Assembly (NCBI GenBank): GCA_942493095.1
Contig: OW818675.1
Location: forward strand, 1,530,001-1,562,000
DNA: 32,000 nt
DNA from: Candidatus Electronema halotolerans
Lineage (GTDB): Bacteria > Desulfobacterota > Desulfobulbia > Desulfobulbales > Desulfobulbaceae
Direction of reading: 5' to 3'
Shown here: one piece after another, positions 6,609 through 14,850 of the stretch
Position numbering within the stretch: the first letter of the stretch is position 1
Layout of the letters: every line of letters begins with the position of its first letter
Notes under the pieces: model-generated
What the model was told of the DNA's origin: nothing
What the model saw: the letters and a program-made list of their open reading frames with translations, nothing else
The model's database searches: none
Translations under genes and position numbers: made by a program

Positions 6609-8752
6609 CGTTCCTGCATCTTTGCCTGCATGTATTCGTAATTTCCCTGAAACAGGTCAATGTCTGGATGGCCGCCGGGGAATTTCTTCTTCATGATGGC
6701 GATAGCGCGTTGAAACATCTTTGCTGCGTCTTGGTATTTTTCCTGTTTGTAATAGAGCGCGGCCAGATTGTTCAGGGTGGTCGCCACGGAAGGATGGTCT
6801 TTGCCAAGGGAGTTCTCCCAAATCACCAGCGACCGCTTGTACAGCGGCTCCGCTTCATCGTAACGGCCCTGCGATTCGTATAATCCGGCCAGATTGTTCA
6901 GGCTTTGAGCCACGTCAGGATGGTCTTTGCCGAGCTTGTCTTCCCGAATCACCAGCGAACGCTTGTACAGCGGCTCCGCTTCATCGTAACGGCCCTGCGA
7001 TTCGTAGAGTCCGGCCAGATTGTTCAGGGTGGTTGCCACGTCAGGATGGTCTTTGCCAAGGGATTTCTCGGAAATCTCCAGATCACGCTTGTACAGCGGC
7101 TCCGCTTCATCGTAACGGCCCTGCGATTCGTAGAGTCCGGCCAGATTGTTCAGGGTGGTTGCCACGGAAGGATGGTCTTTGCCAAGGGAGTTCTCCCAAA
7201 TCACCAGCGACCGCTTGTACAGCGGCTCCGCTTCAGCGTAACGGCCCTGCGATTCGTAGAGTCCGGCCAGATTGTTCAGGGTGGTCGCCACGGAAGGATG
7301 GTCTTTGCCAAGGGATTTCTCGGAAATCTCCAGATCACGCTTGTACAGCGGCTCCGCTTCAGCGTAACGGCCCTGCTGCCGATAGAGTCCGGCCAGATTG
7401 TTCAGGGTAGTTGCAACGGAAGGATGGTCCTTGCCAAGAGATTTCTCATTGATCTCCAGCGACCGCTTGTAGAGCGGCTCTGCTTCAGCGTAACGGCCCT
7501 GCGATTCGTATAATGCGGCCAGATTGTTCAGGGTGGTCGCCACGTCAGGATGGTCTTTGCCAAGGGATTTCTCGGAAATCTCCAGATCACGCTTGTACAG
7601 CGGCTCGGCTTCAGCGTAACGGCCCTGCATTCTGTACAGCTCGGCCAAATTGTTCAGGGTGGTCGCCACGGAAGGATGGTCTTTGCCAAGGGAGTTCTCC
7701 CAAATCACCAGCGACCGCTTGTACAGCGGCTCGGCTTCAGCGTAACGGCCCTGCATTCTGTACAGCTCGGCCAAATTGTTCATGGTGGTCGCCACGGAAG
7801 GATGGTCTTTGCCAAGGGAGTTCTCGGAAATCTCCAGATCACGCTTGTACAGCGGCTCCGCTTCAGCGTAACGGCCCTGCGATTCGTATAATGCGGCCAG
7901 ATTGTTCAGGGTGGTCGCCACGTCAGGATGGTCTTTGCCAAGGGAGTTCTCCTTGATCACCAGCGACCGCTTGTACAGCGGCTCCGCTTCTGCGTAACGG
8001 CCCTGCGACTGATAAAGATTTGCCAAACTGTTTAAGGCGTTGGCAAGATCAAGATTGTCCTTCCCTTCTGCCTCCCGCATCTTCAACAGCCGTTCCAGCC
8101 ATTCCTGCGCATGGCGGTAGTCGCCCAGCGTGCGGGCCATCTTTCCGGCAGCCAGCAGATAGTCCGGGTTGTCCTCCTCCAAAGCCACAGCCTTTTTGTA
8201 CTGGCGCATGGCCTTGGCGTAATCCAAGCGGCCTGCAGCAAGCTGGCCGCTCTGAAAGGCGGCAAGGGCCACAGATTTGCCGTCCTTGTCCACCACCTCA
8301 TCAAAGACCTGCTCCGCTGCCGCAGTGTCGCCCTGCGCCAAACTTTTTTCAGCTTTGGCAATCAGGGCAGGAGACAGATGGCCTTGCAGCTCGGCAAGGG
8401 CTTTTTCCGCACTCCTGCGGCGGGCCAGCTCCTCCTCGTAGCTCTGCTGGAGATTGGCTGATTTTTCTTCCAAGCCTTTCACCTTCAGCTCCAGCAGGCG
8501 GCGTTCCTCGGCAGCAAGGCCGGGAGCCTGCATTTCCTTGGCAGCTTTCCGCAGCTCTTCCTGAAGCATCTGCCGGTATTCTTCCTTCTTCAGGCCGTAA
8601 TTCACATCACCGCCCGCGTTGATCACATTGCCCTGCACAGTCACCTTGCCGCTGTCCGTGGCTTTAATCTCCATATCAGCAGCCTCAGCAGCAACTGTCG
8701 AAAGACAGAAACAGACCGCCGCAAGCATCAATCCTTTCTTACTGTTCATCAT
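6605..8752 (-). CDS. Secreted TPR protein, kinesin-light-chain-like TPR_12 repeats, with an N-terminal Gly/Asn motif
   Basis: Signal peptide MMNSKKGLMLAAVCFCLSTVAAEAA, then MEIKATDSGKVTVQGNVINAGGDVNYG, a coiled region, then ten near-identical 42-aa GRYAEAEPLYKRSLVIWENSLGKDHPSVATTLNNLAGLYESQ units. The ORF could start at 8776, but the ATG at 8752/8749 has a better SD (ggagaa). Confidence 0.88.
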   Translation of the reverse strand: MMNSKKGLMLAAVCFCLSTVAAEAADMEIKATDSGKVTVQGNVINAGGDVNYGLKKEEYRQMLQEELRKAAKEMQAPGLAAEERRLLELKVKGLEEKSANLQQSYEEELARRRSAEKALAELQGHLSPALIAKAEKSLAQGDTAAAEQVFDEVVDKDGKSVALAAFQSGQLAAGRLDYAKAMRQYKKAVALEEDNPDYLLAAGKMARTLGDYRHAQEWLERLLKMREAEGKDNLDLANALNSLANLYQSQGRYAEAEPLYKRSLVIKENSLGKDHPDVATTLNNLAALYESQGRYAEAEPLYKRDLEISENSLGKDHPSVATTMNNLAELYRMQGRYAEAEPLYKRSLVIWENSLGKDHPSVATTLNNLAELYRMQGRYAEAEPLYKRDLEISEKSLGKDHPDVATTLNNLAALYESQGRYAEAEPLYKRSLEINEKSLGKDHPSVATTLNNLAGLYRQQGRYAEAEPLYKRDLEISEKSLGKDHPSVATTLNNLAGLYESQGRYAEAEPLYKRSLVIWENSLGKDHPSVATTLNNLAGLYESQGRYDEAEPLYKRDLEISEKSLGKDHPDVATTLNNLAGLYESQGRYDEAEPLYKRSLVIREDKLGKDHPDVAQSLNNLAGLYESQGRYDEAEPLYKRSLVIWENSLGKDHPSVATTLNNLAALYYKQEKYQDAAKMFQRAIAIMKKKFPGGHPDIDLFQGNYEYMQAKMQER
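6740..8030 (-). repeat. 126-bp tandem repeat array (10 near-identical TPR units plus 1 diverged unit)
   Basis: cgcttgtacagcggctccgcttc(a/g)(t/g)cgtaacggcc recurs every 126 bp. Confidence 0.9.
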
Positions 8753-9164
8753 TCTTCTCCACATTGCCGTCCGCATTGATCAAATCACCGCCTATCGAAA
8801 CCTCTCCTTGCTCAGAAGCCGTGATGCTGAGGGAATTTCTTTTTTCTGGAGCCACTGCCGCATTCTTTTGCTCTGTGACAGGTTGCTGCACAACCGGTTC
8901 TGCCGATGCTGCCGGAGTCTTAGCCTGCCTCTCATCCGCCGAACTGTCTTTCCAATTCAAGGCAATGCCGCCAGCAACTGCGATTGCCGCCAGCAGAAAG
9001 AGCAGCAGCATGGCCCGGTGCAGCAGTCGCTCAGTCGCTGTGCCGGTCAGCTTGCTGTTGTTGAGAAAGAGCGGTTTGATGATCAGGGCGAAAAGAAACA
9101 GGCCGAATCCGGCAAAGACCAACGGATGGTGCAGATGTTCAATCCAAACGCTGATATTGTTCAC
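8739..9164 (-). CDS. Small two-TM protein with a Gly/Asn motif at its C-terminus
   Basis: 141 aa with a GTG start. Predicted TMs HPLVFAGFGLFLFALIIKPLF and LLHRAMLLLFLLAAIAVAGGIAL, then a Pro/Ala-rich tail and LSITASEQGEVSIGGDLINADGNVEKNDEQ. It overlaps the genes on both sides. Confidence 0.7.
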   Translation of the reverse strand: MNNISVWIEHLHHPLVFAGFGLFLFALIIKPLFLNNSKLTGTATERLLHRAMLLLFLLAAIAVAGGIALNWKDSSADERQAKTPAASAEPVVQQPVTEQKNAAVAPEKRNSLSITASEQGEVSIGGDLINADGNVEKNDEQ

Positions 9165-10011
9165 TGCCAGTCTCCCACGTCATTTCAATCGCAAAGTCCA
9201 TTGCCGCAGAAACCCCAGTGCCCCGGTATGTGCCGCTGACTGGCGCGGCACCGGCAGACGCATGGCTGGCTGCCAAGGGAATGTGCTGCTCTGCCACAGC
9301 CAAGCCCAGCGTCGGATCATAGCCCTGCCAGCCGCCGCCGGGCAGATGCACTTCCGCCCACGCATGAAGCTCGTAATCTTCTTCACTCTCACCGACGTGA
9401 TAGCCGCTGACAAAGCGGGCTGCAATGCCGACTGCCCGGCAGCAGGCCATGAACAGGACAGCAAGGTCGCGGCAGGCCCCTTCCCTGCTCTGCAAGACTG
9501 CAGCGGGCTGCATCGGCGCGCCTTCCTCTCTATGCGTCACAGTGAACGCTTCATAGATCGTCTTGTTCAGCAGGAAAAGAAAAGGAATGGTCTCCTTGCC
9601 TGCCGCCTCAACAATCGGGGCAATGAAATCCCTGACCACCGCCTCTGCTTCCCCTTTGCCACGATAAAGAGCCAGCGCTGCCGCCTCACTGCCGGAACAG
9701 CTGACCGGCAGACGGGAAAATCCGTTGTCTGTGATCAAATAGCCAAAGGGGTTGACTGAACTTGTCTCAAGGACGAATTCGGATTGGATGATCAGTGCGT
9801 CCATCAGCTCTGCAAACCAAGCGCAGGCTGCCAGATTGCCTTCCGCGTCAAGGAATTCGTGCAGTCCGGCAGGCTGCGGCTCAAGCCGCAGGGAAAAATT
9901 CCTGACCTGCCGGAAGGCATCGCTGCGGGGCCGGAGCCGGACAATGTGCGGCTCCAGAAAGACTGGCGCGGAATAACGGTACTGGATGCGGTGTTTGAGC
10001 CGAAGAATCAT
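9139..10011 (-). CDS. Transglutaminase-like (COG1305) protein of the Anbu cluster
   Basis: MILRLKHRIQYRYSAPVFLEPHIVRLRPR...CRDLAVLFMACCRAVGIAARFVSGYH...HAWAEVHLPGGGWQGYDPTLGL: Cys-His-Asp transglutaminase triad. Confidence 0.92.
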   Translation of the reverse strand: MILRLKHRIQYRYSAPVFLEPHIVRLRPRSDAFRQVRNFSLRLEPQPAGLHEFLDAEGNLAACAWFAELMDALIIQSEFVLETSSVNPFGYLITDNGFSRLPVSCSGSEAAALALYRGKGEAEAVVRDFIAPIVEAAGKETIPFLFLLNKTIYEAFTVTHREEGAPMQPAAVLQSREGACRDLAVLFMACCRAVGIAARFVSGYHVGESEEDYELHAWAEVHLPGGGWQGYDPTLGLAVAEQHIPLAASHASAGAAPVSGTYRGTGVSAAMDFAIEMTWETGSEQYQRLD

Positions 10012-10751
10012 TTCCGACCGCCATTTGCATTCAGTTTGTGCAGCAGGCCGTCAATCCATTCATCCGGCAGCTCCTTGATGCCCTTGCGCAGCACCTCGTC
10101 CCACCAGATTGAAATCTCGGCCAAGTCCTCCTGATAAAAGCGGTGCTGAATCATCTGAAAGGAATTCTTGCGATAGAGCACCACATCCATAGGAAAATCG
10201 ACATCTGCCGCGCTGATTCGGGTGGAATCAAAAGAAAGACAGCCCACCTTGACGGCAAAGGCCAAGGAATCCTTGCTGGAAAAGGTTCGGTCGAGAATCG
10301 GCTTGCCATAGCCTGGCGCGCCGATGATCTGATACGGGGTCTCCTCGCTGATCTCCACCCAGTTGCCTTCAGGATAAACCAAGTAAAGGGAATGCGCGGC
10401 ATCAGCAGCCATCTGCCCGCCGATCAGGCAGTGCATGTTGAAGAGCAGGCCGCTTTCTTCAAGAAAGGGCTTGTCTTCCGCAGCCACCTGCCGGATCATC
10501 CGGGAAAAGATATTGACTGTCTTGAACATCCGGTCGCACGGCTCGTCTAATTTCTCAAGATGCTCAGTGAAATAGGTGATGGTCTTGTCGCTCACCGATC
10601 TGAGGCCAGAGGTGAGCAGGAACAGGCCGCCTTGACCGTGATTGATGCAGGTTAGCTTCTTGCTCCGGGTCAGTTCATTGCCGGATGTGATCAGGGTGTC
10701 GGCAATGCCGACCAAGCCCTCCTCAGTCCGCATTCCCAAACAATAGGTCAT
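10008..10751 (-). CDS. Anbu, proteasome-type (HslV-like) Ntn hydrolase
   Basis: MTYCLGMRTEEGLVGIADTLITSGNELTRSKKLTCINHGQGGLFLLTSGL: Thr after Met and proteasome-beta-like fold. Flanked by alpha-E and transglutaminase genes. Confidence 0.88.
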   Translation of the reverse strand: MTYCLGMRTEEGLVGIADTLITSGNELTRSKKLTCINHGQGGLFLLTSGLRSVSDKTITYFTEHLEKLDEPCDRMFKTVNIFSRMIRQVAAEDKPFLEESGLLFNMHCLIGGQMAADAAHSLYLVYPEGNWVEISEETPYQIIGAPGYGKPILDRTFSSKDSLAFAVKVGCLSFDSTRISAADVDFPMDVVLYRKNSFQMIQHRFYQEDLAEISIWWDEVLRKGIKELPDEWIDGLLHKLNANGGRK

Positions 10752-11746
10752 GTTATGGTCTCCATAAGAGAAAATTGCTCCTGCTTGGCTGAAGCCTCAG
10801 CAGGCGCGGGCAGGAAAAAGGCATTTCTGATCTCCAAGCCGATCTGATTGAGCCGGGCTTGGAGCGCGTCAAGATATTCGTGCATCCCGGTCGCCATCAC
10901 CTCTTGGATGTCGGAATAGTTCAGGTCCGCCAGCAGTCTGCCAAGGTGTTTTTCCGGTTTGCTGCGGCCCGAACCATGCGGCGAGCCAGTGATTCGGTGC
11001 AGCGATTCAAAGGCGCTGGCCACGGCATGGCGGATCGAACGGGGAAACTCGGCGTTGAAGATGAGAAAATCAGCAACATGAACCGGCGCGATCCGGTGAT
11101 GCACCTTGCGGTACATGTCATGGGCGCTGGCTGATTTCAGCACTGCCGCCCACTGAATGTTGTCATAAGGGCTGCCGACAGCATTGGCCTTGGGCAGAAG
11201 CATGAAGTATTTCACATCCAAGATGCGGGAAACCTTGTCCGCCCGCTCAATCATCAGGCCCATGCGGGCGAAATGCCAGGCCTCGCCGTGGGTCATGGTC
11301 GAGTAGAGCAGGCCGGAGAACATGTGGCTGCGCATCTTGATCATGAGAAAGAACTTGTGCGGTTCGTTCTGGGCAAAACCGCTGTGCTCCGCCTCTTTCA
11401 GCTCAATGTGGAAGCGGTTGAGCTGCTCCCACATCTCTGAGGAGATCACCTCCCGCACAGAGCGGGCGTTCTCGCGGGCCGCCTGCAGACAGGAAATGAT
11501 TGAATTCGGATTGCTGCGCTCAAAGGTGAGGAAATGAATCACCTTGTCCTGCGAATACTCGGCATGCAGCACCTTAAAGGCCTCCCGGTCGCCAGTGATG
11601 GCGATCATCGGCTCCCATTGCAGATGCGCGTCCAGCGGCATGTCCAAGAGCAAATTCAGATTCACGCCGATGAAACGGGCCGTGTTCTCAGCCCGTTCAA
11701 TGTAGCGGCACATCCAATAGACAGCATTGGCAACACGGCTTAACAT
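10748..11746 (-). CDS. Alpha-E domain protein (COG2307)
   Basis: MLSRVANAVYWMCRYIERAENTARFIGVNLNLLLD... . ATGA overlap with the Anbu gene. Confidence 0.92.
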   Translation of the reverse strand: MLSRVANAVYWMCRYIERAENTARFIGVNLNLLLDMPLDAHLQWEPMIAITGDREAFKVLHAEYSQDKVIHFLTFERSNPNSIISCLQAARENARSVREVISSEMWEQLNRFHIELKEAEHSGFAQNEPHKFFLMIKMRSHMFSGLLYSTMTHGEAWHFARMGLMIERADKVSRILDVKYFMLLPKANAVGSPYDNIQWAAVLKSASAHDMYRKVHHRIAPVHVADFLIFNAEFPRSIRHAVASAFESLHRITGSPHGSGRSKPEKHLGRLLADLNYSDIQEVMATGMHEYLDALQARLNQIGLEIRNAFFLPAPAEASAKQEQFSLMETIT

Positions 11747-11767
11747 ATCGTCTCTCCTTGCCTGATC

Positions 11768-12990
11768 TTATTGATTGAAGTCAACCACCCACGTGTCCTT
11801 GCTTCCGCCGCCCTGCGAGGAGTTGACCACCAGAGAATCCTTGCGCAGGGCAACTCTGGTCAGGCCGCCAGGCAGCACGTAGATGTCCTCGCCGTAGAGA
11901 ATATAGGGCCGCAGATCAACATGGCGGCCTTTTATTTCGCCGTCAATGATGGTCGGGGCACGGGACAGGGCCAAAGTGGGCTGGGCCATGTAGTTGCGCG
12001 GATTCGCTTTGATCAGTGCGGCGAATTTCTCCCGTTCCGCTGCCGAGGCATGCGGCCCGACCAGCATTCCGTAGCCGCCGGACTCGTTGGCCGCCTTGAC
12101 CACCAGCTTGTCCAAATTGGCCAGCACATAGTCCCGCTCCTTGGGATCAGAGCAGATGTAGGTCGGCACATTGGGCAGAATCTGGTCTTCGCCGGTGTAG
12201 TATTTGATGATCTTGGGCACATAAGCATAAATGACCTTGTCATCAGCAATGCCGGTGCCGGGCGCGTTGGCTAAGGCCAAGCGGCCTGCCTTGCAGACCT
12301 CCATCAGGCCGGGCACACCGAGCACGGAATCCGGCCTGAAAGCCAGCGGGTCAATGAAGTCATCATCAATGCGGCGGTACAGAACATCGATCTTTTGCAG
12401 CCCCTTGGTGGTGCGCATGTGGACAAAGCCGTCGTGGACAAGCAGATCCTGGCCTTCAACCAGCTCAATTCCCATCTGGCGGGCAAGGAAGGAATGCTCA
12501 AAATAGGCGGAATTGTAGATGCCCGGCGTGAGCACGCCGATGGTGGGCGAGGCGACATGCTCCGGCACCAGATGCTCCAGCGTGTCCAAGAGCCGGTTCG
12601 GGTAGTCATCAACCGGGCGGACATTCGACTTGTCAAAGACCGAGGAGAAGGTCCGCTTTAAGACTTGCCGATTTTCCAGCACATAGGAAACACCGGAAGG
12701 ACAGCGCAGGTTGTCCTCCAGCACGTAAAAGGTGCCGTCCCGGTCCCGCACCAAGTCTGTGCCGGTGACATGGCACCAGATGTTCTTGGGCGGACTGAAG
12801 CCTTCGCACTCCTTGCGGAAGGTCTTGCTGGTGAAGATGACTTCCTCCGGCACCACCTTGTCTTTGAGGATTTTCTTGTCGTGATAGATGTCATCAATAA
12901 AGGCGTTCAGGGCAAAGATGCGCTGCTTGAGGCCCGCCTCCACCCGCTCCCATTCCTTGCCATCGACAATGCGGGGAATGATGTCAAAGG
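11768..12990 (-). pseudogene. 3' part of an IS-interrupted circularly permuted ATP-grasp type 2 gene (COG2308)
   Basis: [37 protein letters not shown]...[32 protein letters not shown]...[17 protein letters not shown]. The 5' end is cut by the IS at 12991. Confidence 0.93.
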
Positions 12991-14271
12991 CAGCAGTGTC
13001 TGGTTAGTTTTTTGCAAGCGAATCTGTGAACAACAGACTGTCCGCTTGACAGCGTGACCGTGAGGTTTCATTATCTTCCTGTAATCAACAATAACAGGGA
13101 GATGTCCTAGTGAAGCCGCTTGTTGTGAAGAAAAAAATCACGTCCCGAACGTATGATGAGTTCTGTCTGCCTCTGCGCGATATTTTGCGCAGCACTCCTG
13201 TGTTGAAGTCACGGGGAGACCGGCCTTTGCAAATGACGTTCGAGCATCAGCTCAATGCCCTGATCTGGTTTCATTTGCAGGAGCATGATTCGGCGCGGCA
13301 TCTTGTTTCCGATCTCAACAGGAATGACTTTGCGAAGGAATTCATTGCGCCGGATGGAGGCATCAGCCGGAGCAGTTTTTCAGAAGCTGTTAATAATCGG
13401 GGACTTGAGCAGCTTCAGCATGTTTTCAATGAACTCTCAAAGCAGGCCCGCGCAACGCTTCCGGCTGACTTTCAGGCACTCGGCGAGCTTGTCGCAATCG
13501 ACGGCTCGCTGATTGATACGGTTCTTTCCATGCACTGGGCTGATTACAGGAAAAAATCCAAGAAAGCCAAGGGTCATTTCGGGTTCGATATCAACCGGGG
13601 CATTCCGACCGGATTCCATTTGACTGAAGGCAAGGCGGGAGAGCGTCCTTTTGTCGAGCAAATTCTCGCCGCAGGGCAGACAGGAGTGATGGACAGGGGG
13701 TATCAATCTCATATTCTGTTCGATTCGCTTCAAAAAGCGGGAAAAAATTTTGTCTGCCGCATCAAAGCCTGCACAATAAAGAGTATTATCAAAGAAAATT
13801 GCGTCAAACCGGGCAGCAATGTCTTTCAAGATTCATCGGCGCATCTCGGCACGGCAAAAAATCGGACCGAGTTGCCGGTTCGGGTCATCGGGTATCTGGT
13901 TGAAGGAGTAAAATATTATGTCGCAACGAACAGGTTTGATCTGACAGCGGAACAGGTTGCGGAAATTTATAAGCTGCGCTGGAATATCGAAACGTTTTTC
14001 AATTGGTGGAAACAGCATCTGCATGTTTATCATCTGATTGCCCGAAGCAGATACGGTCTCACTGTTCAGATGCTCGGCGGATTGATCACATACCTGTTAA
14101 TGGCAATGTATTGCCGGAAAAACTTCAATGAACAAGTTTCTGTTCAAAATATCAGACTGATACGGTCAAATATTCAGAATGAATTAATGGCGGCTGGACG
14201 AAATAACAGCGGAACTTACTCCACGACATCCAGCGTAAAATTTTATGCAAAAACCTAACCGGACACTACTG
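12991..14271 (+). mobile_element. Intact IS4-family-like insertion sequence, 1281 bp
   Basis: 26-bp inverted repeats cag(c/t)agtgtc(t/c)ggttag(t/g)tttttgca at 12991..13016 and 14246..14271, 3 mismatches. Perfect 9-bp target duplication TGTCAAAGG at 12982..12990 and 14272..14280. Confidence 0.93.
13110..14258 (+). CDS. IS4-family-like DDE transposase
   Basis: 382 aa: ELVAIDGSLIDTVLSMHWADYR, GVMDRGYQSHILFDSLQKAGKNFVCRIK, YKLRWNIETFFNWWKQHLHVYHLIARSRYGLTVQ. Confidence 0.9.
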   Translation: MKPLVVKKKITSRTYDEFCLPLRDILRSTPVLKSRGDRPLQMTFEHQLNALIWFHLQEHDSARHLVSDLNRNDFAKEFIAPDGGISRSSFSEAVNNRGLEQLQHVFNELSKQARATLPADFQALGELVAIDGSLIDTVLSMHWADYRKKSKKAKGHFGFDINRGIPTGFHLTEGKAGERPFVEQILAAGQTGVMDRGYQSHILFDSLQKAGKNFVCRIKACTIKSIIKENCVKPGSNVFQDSSAHLGTAKNRTELPVRVIGYLVEGVKYYVATNRFDLTAEQVAEIYKLRWNIETFFNWWKQHLHVYHLIARSRYGLTVQMLGGLITYLLMAMYCRKNFNEQVSVQNIRLIRSNIQNELMAAGRNNSGTYSTTSSVKFYAKT

Positions 14272-14497
14272 TGTCAAAGGGAAAGATTTTCTCCGCCCCT
14301 TCCTCATTGCCATAGACCGCAAAGGTGATGCCCATTTGCAGGAGCATGATCTCCGCCGCCTGCTGCTTGGCCAGCAGATCATCTTGCGAAAGGGATTCAA
14401 TCTTTTCAATCAGCAGCTTGGCTCCTGGATGCGGCTGGTCAGGCCCAGCAAAAAGTTCATCATAAAAGCCGTCAAGGTGATACTCTGATAACTCCAT
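14272..14497 (-). pseudogene. 5' part of the IS-interrupted ATP-grasp gene; first gene of the Anbu operon
   Basis: MELSEYHLDGFYDELFAGPDQPHPGAKLLIEKIES...MLLQMGITFAVYGNEEGAEKIFPFD, SD aaggagaaac upstream. Joins in frame to DIIPRIVDG. Confidence 0.93.
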
Positions 14498-14850
14498 ATA
14501 ACGTTTCTCCTTTCTTGTGACAGGTGTTTCGGTTCAGCCTTGTCTGTTTTTCCTCTGAGACAGTATAGCATGTTCCTGCCGCATCGCCCCAATATCTTCT
14601 AAGGGCAGGCTGGAATGAGGGGCGGACAGGGGGCCGTCCCTCCAGGAGAGAGACAGACGGCAGCTTTTCGGGAATATGCAAGGTTCTGGCAGGACTGTGC
14701 AAGTCATGCGTTTGCCGTGGTTGAAGCCGAAAGACTATGAGAACTTGAAACTTCTCGGAGAGGCTCTGAAAAACATTTCAGAAAGATTCGGACGGGATGT
14801 TTTTAACTTGATCACCCTCAAGTCAAGGGATGCCGCCTGCCAGCTTCTTC

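Noticed and set aside
6721-7956. Several + strand ORFs with repeated DCSGW.P.KDGLCQG or QIVQGGRHGRMVFAKG units
   Set aside because: Antisense readings of the 126-bp TPR repeats, kept open by repetition and not by coding selection.
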